Shown here: in pieces, positions 9,305 to 17,412 of the stretch | Numbering within the stretch: the stretch's first letter is position 1 | How the letters are laid out: the number at the start of each line of letters is the position of its first letter | Origin: Verrucomicrobiota bacterium | GTDB lineage: Bacteria; Verrucomicrobiota; Verrucomicrobiia; Limisphaerales; UBA11358 | NCBI GenBank assembly: GCA_049509875.1 | Contig: JBEKZM010000016.1 | Coordinates: 5,357 to 69,356 of the forward strand | DNA length: 64,000 nt | Direction of reading: 5' to 3' | The notes under the pieces: model-generated | What the model saw: only the letters and a program-made list of their open reading frames with translations | What the model was told of the DNA's origin: nothing | Database searches by the model: none | Position numbers and translations under genes: made by a program

Positions 9305-10089
9305 GAATTTCCCTCGTCCTCAATACCTTCGATCAGCCCGAATATTTGTCGCGTGTGCTGGCGGCCGTCACGCGCCAGACGGTGCCGCCGGATGAAGTAT
9401 TGCTGGCCGACGACGGCTCCGGCCAGCCGACTGGCGATCTCTTCTCCGGCTGGTCCGCCCGGCAAAAGTTCCGTTCACTCCACGTCTGGCAGCCGCACGA
9501 GGATTTTCGAAGGGCCCAAATCCTGAATCAAGCCATTGCCGCCGCCCAGGGCGACTATCTGGTCTTTCTCGACGGCGACACCGTGCCTCATCCCTGGTTT
9601 GTTGCCGACCATGCCGCGTTCGGCCGGCGGGGCGCGTTTGTCCAAGGCCATCGGGCGCTGGTGGAGCAGGAAGCCGCCACCTGGTTTGGCCAGAAGGATT
9701 TCGCAGCCGACCGCCGGCGAGCCCTCCTGCAAAATCAAATATCGGGACTGAAAAATTCCTTCCGCTGGCCGGTTGCCGTCCGCCGGATAAAAAACCATTT
9801 GCGCGGCATCCGCGGCTGCAATCTGGCCGTCTGGCGCGACGATCTGGTGCGGGTCAACGGTTACAATGAGGATTTTTCCGGCTGGGGACGGGAGGATTCC
9901 GAATTGGCCGCCCGACTGTTGAATGCCGGCTGTGAACGGCTGGATCTCCGCGGGCGCGCGCTGTGTTTCCACCTGTGGCATCCGCCCGCGAGCCGGGCCA
10001 GACTGGCAGCCAATGACGGCCTCCTGGAAACAGCTGTCCGCGAAAGAATCACGCGCTGTGAGCACGGTCTTCACCGCCATCTCCAATAG
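9301..10089 (+). CDS. glycosyltransferase family 2
   Basis: ISLVLNTFDQPEYLSRVLAAVTRQT...EVLLADDGS and FLDGD (DxD) motifs, plus a C-terminal galactosyltransferase-like segment GCNLAVWRDDLVRVNGYNEDFSGWGREDSEL. Confidence 0.8.
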   Translation: MRISLVLNTFDQPEYLSRVLAAVTRQTVPPDEVLLADDGSGQPTGDLFSGWSARQKFRSLHVWQPHEDFRRAQILNQAIAAAQGDYLVFLDGDTVPHPWFVADHAAFGRRGAFVQGHRALVEQEAATWFGQKDFAADRRRALLQNQISGLKNSFRWPVAVRRIKNHLRGIRGCNLAVWRDDLVRVNGYNEDFSGWGREDSELAARLLNAGCERLDLRGRALCFHLWHPPASRARLAANDGLLETAVRERITRCEHGLHRHLQ

Positions 10090-10092
10090 TCC

Positions 10093-11085
10093 ATGGAAAA
10101 CATCCTGGTCATCCGGATCAAGTCCATCGGCGACGTGATCTTCACGCTGCCTGCGGTCAATGCGTTGCGCGAGCATTTCCCGGCGGCCAAAATCACATTC
10201 CTGACCGCAAAAGAAAATTCAACCTTGCTGCGCGGCTTCGAGGCGGTCAACGAAACGATCGCGCTCGATCGCGGCGCGCTGCGGGGCGGCAACCCCGTGA
10301 AAATGGGCCGGGAGTTCTTTGGGCTGTTGTACCGGATGCGGGCGGCCAGGTTCTCCCTGGTGGTCGATTTTCAGGGATTTGGCGAAACGGCCTGGCTGTG
10401 CCGGATCACCGGCGCCCCCCGCCGCTGGGGCAGCGTTTACGGTCCCGGCCGCCGCTGGGCCTATACGCGCGGTCTGGTGCGAAATGAGAAGGTGCATCCG
10501 GCGAATTGGAATCTGGAACTGCTGGCCGGCTGCGGCGTGGACTGTCGCCGGCCCGGCAACCAATTCTCGCTGCCTGCCGACGCCCGGGCCGCCGCCCGCG
10601 CCTGCTTTTCCGCGAATTCCCTGGACCAGGAAAAGCCAACGCTGGTCATCCAGCCACTCACCAGCACGGCCCAAAAAAACTGGCCGCTGGGGAGTTTTCT
10701 GGCCGTGGCGCACCACTGGCGCGCGGCGGGCGTGCAGGTGATTTTCGTCGGCGGGCCGGCGGATGATTCGCCGCTGGAACCGGCCCGGCAGGCAGGATTT
10801 CCCGTGGTCACGGATTTGCCGCTGCTCGGGTCGGCCGGATTGGTGCAACTGTCGGCCCTGATGCTCGGCGGTGACTCGGGCCTGGGACATCTCGCTGTCG
10901 CGCTGGGACGCCAGGTGATCATGCTGATGCGGCATGCCAATCCCGGCGCCTGTTTTCCCTTTCAACATTCCGATTGGGCGGTGCTGCCGGCGCGCCCCAA
11001 TCACATCGAGGAGATCGGCGTGCCCGTCGTGCTGGCCGAAACCGCCCGGGTGCTCAATCCACTAATTCGTAGTGTTTCTTGTTGA
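10093..11085 (+). CDS. glycosyltransferase family 9 (heptosyltransferase-like)
   Basis: ILVIRIKSIGDVIFTLPAVNALREHFP N-terminal signature and the C-terminal GGDSGLGHLA motif. It starts 3 nt after the preceding GT2 gene. Confidence 0.8.
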   Translation: MENILVIRIKSIGDVIFTLPAVNALREHFPAAKITFLTAKENSTLLRGFEAVNETIALDRGALRGGNPVKMGREFFGLLYRMRAARFSLVVDFQGFGETAWLCRITGAPRRWGSVYGPGRRWAYTRGLVRNEKVHPANWNLELLAGCGVDCRRPGNQFSLPADARAAARACFSANSLDQEKPTLVIQPLTSTAQKNWPLGSFLAVAHHWRAAGVQVIFVGGPADDSPLEPARQAGFPVVTDLPLLGSAGLVQLSALMLGGDSGLGHLAVALGRQVIMLMRHANPGACFPFQHSDWAVLPARPNHIEEIGVPVVLAETARVLNPLIRSVSC

Positions 11086-11929
11086 ATTTCAGGCCAACAG
11101 CCTTTTCCAGCCACAGCATGCGGCGATGCTTCTTTTCCCGCGCCGTCAGTTGGTGTTTCGGGTCCGCCGGGAAAATTCCGTCGGCCGCCGGCAGCCAGTC
11201 TCGAATGACCTTCGGATGCGTGCCCGAAAATAACCTCAGGACGGTTCCGTCAATTGCCGCATAGTCCACCCGGGCGGCCGGCTCGTTTGCCCAATATTTG
11301 TGCGTCGCGCCCGCCTTCAGATTCATCTGCGCCTCGCTGCGCACCCAGCCGTAATGGAAGATCGTCACCCCCGTGTGGGCGGCGCGCGGATAGCGCGACT
11401 GCTTGTGGTTGACCACCACATTGAAAAAAAGCGATTCGCTGGACCAAGCCGGAATGGTGTTGCGGAGGATGCGGACCTCGCTGCGATACCACCCGGGCGA
11501 CCAGACCACCGTGTTCCGGTTGCCGTAAAAATGAAGGTAATCAAACGCCAGCGCCTCCACGCGCTCATTGTCCAGGTGTTTTTCCATGGCCGCGCGAATC
11601 TTCGGCAGGTCGTCCTCGTGCAACACCTCATCGGCTTCCAGATAAAACGCCCAATCGCCCGTGCAATTATAAAGCGCGATGCTTTTTTGTTGGCCGAAGA
11701 CAAAGCCCTTCACCGAATAATCGTTGCGAATCCGCTCATTCCATTGCGTGGGAATGATTCGGATTTTGGCGTCGCCCATGGCCTTGATCATTTCCCCGGT
11801 GTCATCGTCGCAGGGGCCCAGAGCGATGACGAATTCATCCACCAGCGGCAGGAGGGAGCGGATCGAGGCCACAAAAGGGTAGCCGAGCTTCTGGCCGTTG
11901 CGCAAAAAGGTAAACCCGCTGACTTTCAT
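11054..11929 (-). CDS. glycosyltransferase, GT2-like
   Basis: MKVSGFTFLRNGQKLGYPFVASIRSLLPLVDEFVIALGPCDDDT resembles the GT-A N-terminus of small GT2 enzymes, and EADE is a DxD-like motif. The ATG at 11929 is preferred over the GTG at 11953. The 3' end overlaps the convergent GT9 gene by 32 nt. Confidence 0.65.
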   Translation of the reverse strand: MKVSGFTFLRNGQKLGYPFVASIRSLLPLVDEFVIALGPCDDDTGEMIKAMGDAKIRIIPTQWNERIRNDYSVKGFVFGQQKSIALYNCTGDWAFYLEADEVLHEDDLPKIRAAMEKHLDNERVEALAFDYLHFYGNRNTVVWSPGWYRSEVRILRNTIPAWSSESLFFNVVVNHKQSRYPRAAHTGVTIFHYGWVRSEAQMNLKAGATHKYWANEPAARVDYAAIDGTVLRLFSGTHPKVIRDWLPAADGIFPADPKHQLTAREKKHRRMLWLEKAVGLKFNKKHYELVD

Positions 11930-11945
11930 GGCCCCAGTGTTCAAA

Positions 11946-12242
11946 TTAATCACCCAGCAACTTTTTTAACTGGGCTCGCGCCGCTTCCTCCCGGGAGTTC
12001 TCCACTTCCTTGGACACCCAGTTGCGCTGGACGAATTCAAAATATTCGCAGAAGTTGCCCACGTGTTTTTCGAGCACGGGTTCCGCACGGCGCTCCCGGC
12101 ATTGCTGCGCCACGCGCGGGTCGTAAAATGCGCAGTTCAAACACACCCGCAAGTCGGCCCGGCACTTCATGCAGACCTCCCCGCGGCCCGGGTTCCCGTT
12201 CAGGCTCCACGGTTCTCCGCATTGATGACAATGACGATTCAT
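11946..12242 (-). CDS. small Cys-rich zinc-ribbon protein, function unknown
   Basis: 98 aa with three CxxC pairs (CHQC, CMKC, CLNC) plus two further Cys. It has an ATG start and lies 16 nt upstream of the GT2-like gene on the same strand. Confidence 0.6.
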   Translation of the reverse strand: MNRHCHQCGEPWSLNGNPGRGEVCMKCRADLRVCLNCAFYDPRVAQQCRERRAEPVLEKHVGNFCEYFEFVQRNWVSKEVENSREEAARAQLKKLLGD

Positions 12243-12291
12243 GCCAACAGCCTGGTCCTTATGCGTGTCTCATGGAGGGATGGTGGCAGAT

Positions 12292-12304
12292 GTCGCGCTG
12301 CGAC
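12292..12304. promoter_or_regulatory. 13-nt inverted-repeat site GTCGC-GCT-GCGAC, copy 1
   Basis: Exact sequence GTCGCGCTGCGAC, 50-62 nt upstream of the Zn-ribbon gene ATG. An identical copy sits at 12453-12465. Confidence 0.3.
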
Positions 12305-12451
12305 GACGGCCGCCCTCGGACCGCGGATCGTCTCAATCCGCAGCGCGTGGCCAGCCAGCGCCGCAATGAAATCAAGCAAGCCGTGGATTTCGGCGGAGCG
12401 CTGCGAATTGGGACAACTCGCGGTCCGGTTGCAAGGCGCCCGGTTGGTAGT

Positions 12452-12466
12452 GGTCGCGCTGCGACC
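12452..12466. promoter_or_regulatory. inverted-repeat site GGTCGC-GCT-GCGACC, copy 2
   Basis: Contains the same 13-mer as 12292-12304, extended by one base pair on each side. The centre-to-centre distance between the two copies is 161 nt. Confidence 0.3.
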
Positions 12467-12552
12467 AAACCGCCACCCAGCGTAGCGCCGGGGCAGCGAA
12501 ATCCTTCGCGTGCCCAGGCGGATTGACCGTGCGCCATGCGTGCTGTCTCCCA

Positions 12553-13428
12553 TTATTGTTTCGAAGGTGGGACGGATGTTGACGGGGCGGCCTCGGCTGG
12601 TGATTTCACGAGTGGAACTTCTTCGGGCTTGAGCCGCCGCACTCCTCCGTTCACCACCACGTCGCCGTTCGTGGTCACCGACAGGCGCGGGCGGGAATTG
12701 AAATTGTCGTAAACATCGCGGGACACGGTCGCGCCGCCGGTGCCGACCACCACGTAGCTGAAGGAACGGGCGCCGGTCTGCCACAGCACATGCAACTGAT
12801 TCAACCGGTCCACCTGTTCCTCGGGCGCGCTGAAGGAGACGAGCGGTCCCAAGGGCGCCACCTTGTAGATCTGCGATCCGTCGCCAGTGCCCACCTGGAC
12901 ATACAAGCGCAACTGTTCGCGCAGATAGTTCGCCTTGATCAGCGTGTATTTCCGCGATTCAGGAGGCTGGTTGCTGGCCGCCATCATGCCAAAATCCTGC
13001 GACCACAGCTCGGCGCCGTGAATTATGTCGAATTGCATCGGCTTGCTGTTGACGGTCAAGGACCATTGCTTGACGCGCATGGTGGCGGTGACCTTGTAAC
13101 GGCCGATCCGGCCCATTTGGAAGTACGGCTGCAAATCCACACGCTTGATCCCCATCTGCGACGATTCAAGGTCAAACGGCTCCACCACCGGCACGTCGCT
13201 GTTCTTCGACACCATGAACTGGTCTTCGGATTCCACGCTAAAGGTCAGCCAGTCCGGATCGGCGCCCAGATGCAATTGCTGGCCGGATGTGTTCGTGATT
13301 TTGACCGTCAGGCGCACGGCTTCATCCGGTAGGAATTGCTCCTGGTCCAGGGCCAGTTCCAACGTCACCTGGGCAGATGCGCGGGCAAAAGCAGCCAGCG
13401 CCAGCAGTGAAATGAGCAATGTTTTCAT
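12553..13428 (-). CDS. secreted hypothetical protein
   Basis: The ATG at 13428 gives a classical signal peptide, MKTLLISLLALAAFARASAQ. The rest is beta-rich with no motif I recognise. The upstream part of the tracked ORF (to 13524) is not signal-like. Confidence 0.6.
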   Translation of the reverse strand: MKTLLISLLALAAFARASAQVTLELALDQEQFLPDEAVRLTVKITNTSGQQLHLGADPDWLTFSVESEDQFMVSKNSDVPVVEPFDLESSQMGIKRVDLQPYFQMGRIGRYKVTATMRVKQWSLTVNSKPMQFDIIHGAELWSQDFGMMAASNQPPESRKYTLIKANYLREQLRLYVQVGTGDGSQIYKVAPLGPLVSFSAPEEQVDRLNQLHVLWQTGARSFSYVVVGTGGATVSRDVYDNFNSRPRLSVTTNGDVVVNGGVRRLKPEEVPLVKSPAEAAPSTSVPPSKQ

Positions 13429-13520
13429 TGGGTATCTGACAGCCGGGACCGTTCGGCATTCGAGACCCTTGCCAAAGCTGCCGGCGGCCGGCGCCTGCGC
13501 CCGGAAGCCGGCCGGGCGGT

Positions 13521-14864
13521 TCAAACGTCGATGCCGTAGGCTTTTATTTTGTTATAGAGGGTCTGTCGGCCAATGCCCAGGCGCTTGGCGGTCTCGAGCT
13601 TGTTGCCGCCCGTTTCCTTGAGCATTTGGATGATGGCGTTGCGCTCCACGCCCTCCAGCAGCGTAAAACTGGTGTCATGTCCTTCGGTGGGCACGAACTT
13701 GACGTCACTGATGGAAAGATCGGTCACGTTGACCTCCGGCCCTTCCGACAACAGCACGGCGCGCTGGATTTCGTTTTGCAACTGGCGGACATTCCCCGGC
13801 CATTCGAAACTGGTCAAGCGCTCCACCGCCTGGGTGGTGAACCCACGCAGAGTGCGGTTGGCCTGGGCGGCAAACCGCTTCAGGAAGGCATTCGCCAGCG
13901 GCATGATGTCGTCGCGCCGCTCGCGCAACGGCGGCAGATGCACGGAAATGGCGCTGATCCGGTAGAACAAATCTTCCCGCAGCTTGCCATCCTTGATGGC
14001 CTCGTCCGGCTTGCGATTGGTCGCCGCGATGATGCGGCAGTTGATTTTATAGCTGGTGGTGTCGCCCACCGGGCGCACTTCCTGGTCCTGCAAGACGCGC
14101 AGCAATTTGCTCTGCGTGTCAATCGGCATTTCGGAAATCTCGTCCAGGAATAGCGTGCCCCCTTCGGCTTGGCGGAACAACCCCTGCCGATCCGTGTTGG
14201 CCCCGGTGAAGGCGCCCTTCTTGGAGCCAAACAGTTCGCTCTCGATCAGTTCGCGCGGCAGGGCGGCGCAATTGATTTTGATGATCCGGTTCTTGGCCCG
14301 CGAACTCAGTGAGTGGATCAGATCGGCAATCACCTCCTTGCCCGATCCGCTTTCGCCGGTGATGAGAATGGTGACATCGCTCGGCGCCACGCGTTCGATC
14401 GTGCGCACCACCGACTGCAAGGCCGCACTCTGAAAAATCGGGGCCGACCCGCCGCTCATCGTGGAGAGAGCCCGGCGCAGCGAGTTGTTTTCCTCCTTTT
14501 GCTGCCGGTTTTCAATAGCCCGGTCAATCGTCACCTGCAATGCCTGTGTGTCAAATGGCTTGTTGATGAAATGGTAGGCGCCGCGTTTGGTGGCTTGCAC
14601 CGCCGCATCAAAAGTTGCCTCGCCGGTCAACACGATCACCTCGGTTTCGGGCCAGGTCTTTTTGATTTGCGGCAGCAGGTCCAGCCCATTGGCATCCGGC
14701 AGCTTAAGGTCGAGCAGCACTACATCGGGCGGGTCCTGCGTGTAAAAACGCTGCAAGGCCGCCGCGTCCTCGGCCATCGTTACCGTGTAATCGTCCTCGA
14801 GAATGGATTTGAGCATGGCGCGCAAGTCCGCCTCGTCGTCCACGATTAATATTTTGCCTTTCAT
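13521..14864 (-). CDS. sigma-54-dependent Fis-family response regulator (NtrC-like enhancer-binding protein)
   Basis: Receiver domain (ILIVDDE...DVVLLDLKLPDANG), then an AAA+ sigma54-interaction domain with Walker A GESGSGKE, the GAFTGA loop (KKGAFTGA) and ELFGS, then a C-terminal Fis-type HTH (NKLETAKRLGIGRQTLYNKIK). Confidence 0.9.
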   Translation of the reverse strand: MKGKILIVDDEADLRAMLKSILEDDYTVTMAEDAAALQRFYTQDPPDVVLLDLKLPDANGLDLLPQIKKTWPETEVIVLTGEATFDAAVQATKRGAYHFINKPFDTQALQVTIDRAIENRQQKEENNSLRRALSTMSGGSAPIFQSAALQSVVRTIERVAPSDVTILITGESGSGKEVIADLIHSLSSRAKNRIIKINCAALPRELIESELFGSKKGAFTGANTDRQGLFRQAEGGTLFLDEISEMPIDTQSKLLRVLQDQEVRPVGDTTSYKINCRIIAATNRKPDEAIKDGKLREDLFYRISAISVHLPPLRERRDDIMPLANAFLKRFAAQANRTLRGFTTQAVERLTSFEWPGNVRQLQNEIQRAVLLSEGPEVNVTDLSISDVKFVPTEGHDTSFTLLEGVERNAIIQMLKETGGNKLETAKRLGIGRQTLYNKIKAYGIDV

Positions 14865-15631
14865 GGTTTTATAGGTTTAGCACAGGCTGTCACAAATTTC
14901 TCAAAAATTGCCCGATACCGCACATGTTTCTGCACCAACCGTTCCGGATGAAACTGCACGCTCAACAAAAACGGCAGCATCGCCGACCACTCTGGCCTCA
15001 ATTCCATTGCTTCGACGATGCCGTCACTGCTCCGGGCAGTGGCGGCGAATGGCCCCGCTGGCTCCAACACCCCTTGATGGTGCGTGCTATTAACGCCCAA
15101 AATAGGCGTGTTACAGATTTTGGACACTAATGAGCCCGCTGTCAACGCCACTTCATGCACCACGTCGAAGGGTTTGTCCAAGCGCGCGTGCCCCAGCGCC
15201 CCCGGCACCTGCTGCGGGATGTCGATTACCAGTTTGCCGCCAAACGCCACATTGAGCATCTGGTGGCCCCGACAAATGGCCAGCACCGGCTTGCGCTGAT
15301 GGAATGTCTCTTCAATCAGAAGCAACTCCACCAGATCCCGCGTGCCTCCATCCGGCGTCTGCGCGACGGTTTTGAGGATTTTGCGCGGCACTTTGTCCTC
15401 ATAGAGTGCGGGATTGATGTCGTCGCCGCCCGTCAGGAGCACTCCGTCGGTGCGCCGCAGCACCTCCGCCAGGGCGGCGCGGTCCGTCGTCGTCGGCGCG
15501 GTGACCGGAATGCCGCCGGCCTGCAACACTGCGTGGTTGTAACGCAACGAGAGGCTGGCGGATAAATCGTGGAATTCCACCCCGTGCTTTTCAATACTGG
15601 GTGTGACTAAAATCAATGGCTGCCTGCCCAT
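14861..15631 (-). CDS. class I glutamine amidotransferase / gamma-glutamyl-GABA hydrolase-like (peptidase C26, PuuD-like)
   Basis: Nucleophile context LAICRGHQMLNVAFGG and the His/Glu context VQFHPE. The start is placed at the ATG at 15631 (MGRQPLILVTP). Residues upstream in the tracked ORF are translated repeat DNA. The stop overlaps the regulator's start (ATGA at 14861-14864). Confidence 0.8.
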   Translation of the reverse strand: MGRQPLILVTPSIEKHGVEFHDLSASLSLRYNHAVLQAGGIPVTAPTTTDRAALAEVLRRTDGVLLTGGDDINPALYEDKVPRKILKTVAQTPDGGTRDLVELLLIEETFHQRKPVLAICRGHQMLNVAFGGKLVIDIPQQVPGALGHARLDKPFDVVHEVALTAGSLVSKICNTPILGVNSTHHQGVLEPAGPFAATARSSDGIVEAMELRPEWSAMLPFLLSVQFHPERLVQKHVRYRAIFEKFVTACAKPIKP

Positions 15632-15698
15632 GCGCGGGAATGTAAAATCATTCCGGCAAAATGTCATTGTAAAAGCGCGGCCGGCCGCCTTTTTGGCC

Positions 15699-15894
15699 GG
15701 CGCGCGGGTCTGTGACCCGCAGCAGCGTCCAACATTCAAGGCCCCCAGCATAACCCGCCAACTCTCTTCCGGGCGAAGTTCCTCCGGAGGGCGGCTCCCT
15801 GTGAGTCGCAGCAACCTCCGAATGCCACGGCTTCCCGCGCAATCCGCAGGCTTCCTGACCGGCGACGCTGCTGCGGGTCGCAGAGCCGCGCTCC
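15699..15894. repeat. 196-bp intergenic inverted-repeat element (MITE/REP-like) with 31-bp terminal inverted repeats
   Basis: GGCGCGCGGGTCTGTGACCCGCAGCAGCGTC (15699-15729) matches the reverse complement of 15864-15894 at 28 of 31 positions. Related modules occur at 8174-8193, 8324-8350 and 28318-28490. Confidence 0.6.
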
Positions 15895-16046
15895 GGGCGG
15901 AATTTGAAAACAGGCCGTCCGCCAGGCGTTTCTGGAACTTCGCTGAAACTATCCGCGGCCTCTGGACGTCTGCTTTTCGTGACATGAGGCAAAGTAACGC
16001 TTGTCTAACGCGACCGGCGAGCTAGTCTTTTTCTTTATAAATCCTT

Positions 16047-16586
16047 ATGAACTCATTGACGAAAGTGTTCTGGCTGTTTGGACGATCCGGCGCCGGCAAA
16101 ACCACCCTCGCCTTGCGGCTGCGCGACGGCTTGGCGGACCGCGAAATTCCCGTCGTTTATCTCGATGGGGACGACATTCGAGCCACGCTCTGCTCGGATT
16201 TGGGATTCAAATCGGAGGCGCGCCTGGAAAACCACCGGCGCATCGCCGAGATTGCCCGGCTGCTGGCCGATCAGGGAATCAACGTGGTGGTGTCCACCAT
16301 GGCTCCGGAACATCAGCAGCGGGACCTGGTGGCGGGGATATTGGGCGACCGGCTGATGTGGTTTTATATCCACGCCCCGCTGGATATCTGCATGGCGCGT
16401 GATCCCAAAGGCCTGTACAAGCGGGCGCGCGAGGGCCAGGTCAACCAGCTGATCAATTACCCGTTCGATGTGCCCCGCCCCCAGGAGCGGGAGAACTATG
16501 TGAACACCATTGCCCTGGGCATTGACGAATGTTATCAGGAGATTTTGGCAGCCGTGAAAAACCGGCTGAACGATTACGCAATTTGA
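16047..16586 (+). CDS. cysC: adenylyl-sulfate (APS) kinase family protein
   Basis: P-loop GRSGAGKTT, LDGDDIR, DLGFKSEARLENHRRIAEIA and KGLYKRAREG follow the canonical CysC motif order. The size (179 aa) is typical. Confidence 0.8.
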   Translation: MNSLTKVFWLFGRSGAGKTTLALRLRDGLADREIPVVYLDGDDIRATLCSDLGFKSEARLENHRRIAEIARLLADQGINVVVSTMAPEHQQRDLVAGILGDRLMWFYIHAPLDICMARDPKGLYKRAREGQVNQLINYPFDVPRPQERENYVNTIALGIDECYQEILAAVKNRLNDYAI

Positions 16587-16602
16587 GACCACTCTTCGGC
16601 CC

Positions 16603-17364
16603 ATGCCAGAAACCATAAACTATTCCACCCGTTTCAAAGACCCGGCGGCGGCGGCGGCGTACGAGTTTCAGGAATATGGAGCCGGCAGCTATTCCACTTG
16701 CATCTGGCACTGGCAGCGCCCAGTGGTTGGGCGGATCATCCAGGATTACCAACGCACCCATCCGGCGCCCGCACAACTGCTCGATTTCGCCTGCGGCACG
16801 GGCCGGGTGCTGGCTGCGGTGGAATCACTGGTGGATTCAGCGGAAGGCATCGATAGCTCCGAAAACATGGTGGCACTAGCCCGTGCCAAGTGCCGCAAGG
16901 CGCGGCTCAAAGTGGGCGACATTTTGTCGCAACCGGAGCTGCTCCAGAATAATTACGATTTGATCACCGCCTTTCGCTTTTTGCTCAACGTGGAGCCGGC
17001 CGTGCAGCGAGCCGTACTGGGCAAATTGCGAGCGGTCCTGCGCGAGCCGGATGGCCTTCTGCTGGTCAATGTCCACGGCAACTCCCATTCTCTGCGGCAC
17101 CCGGCCCTCCAGTGGCGGCGCTGGCGCGAACAATCCCGCCCGACGGGGGCCATGCTTAACGAAATGTCATCGCCGGAAGCCAAAGCCCTGCTGCGCGAAT
17201 GCGGTTTTCAGGTCGTGCGTCAGTTCGGCTTTGGTATCTTGCCGCCCACCTTCTACCGCACGCCGTTGCGGGCTCCGGCGGCGCTGGCGGATAAACTTCT
17301 GGCCGGCGAGAACTTCTGGCGCAACTGGTCGATCGACCTGTTGTTTGTGTGCCGGCCCGCCTGA
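16603..17364 (+). CDS. class I SAM-dependent methyltransferase
   Basis: Motif I LLDFACGTGRV, followed by EGIDSS and DLITAFRFLLN. It starts 16 nt after the cysC-like gene. Confidence 0.75.
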   Translation: MPETINYSTRFKDPAAAAAYEFQEYGAGSYSTCIWHWQRPVVGRIIQDYQRTHPAPAQLLDFACGTGRVLAAVESLVDSAEGIDSSENMVALARAKCRKARLKVGDILSQPELLQNNYDLITAFRFLLNVEPAVQRAVLGKLRAVLREPDGLLLVNVHGNSHSLRHPALQWRRWREQSRPTGAMLNEMSSPEAKALLRECGFQVVRQFGFGILPPTFYRTPLRAPAALADKLLAGENFWRNWSIDLLFVCRPA

Positions 17365-17412
17365 GGGGGCTTTACAAGATGCCGCGGCTATTCGATTGCC
17401 TGGATCGTAACC

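Noticed and set aside
11054-11085. 32-nt overlap of the 3' ends of the convergent GT9 and GT2-like genes
   Set aside because: Short convergent overlaps are common in compact GC-rich genomes, and no associated structure or motif was seen. It is noted only as a reason to treat both stop positions with some caution.
12243-13520. Search for a sigma54 (GG-N10-GC) promoter near the NtrC-like regulator's neighbours
   Set aside because: The candidates TGGCCACGCGCTGCG (in the 12243-12552 gap) and TGGCAAGGGTCTCGAA (upstream of 13428) have the wrong GG-to-GC spacing or lack the GC dinucleotide, so no promoter is called.
15632-15985. N-terminal 118-aa extension of the GATase ORF. Analogous long extensions: 24906..26267 (modC), 25994..26788 (modB), 56060..58672 (GH35), 61003..63537 (GH-D-like), 31967..33067 (ruvA).
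   Set aside because: The extensions translate repeat or intergenic DNA (for example CCGSQTRAPA), or overlap the upstream gene. Internal ATGs give canonical N-termini or signal peptides that match the family.
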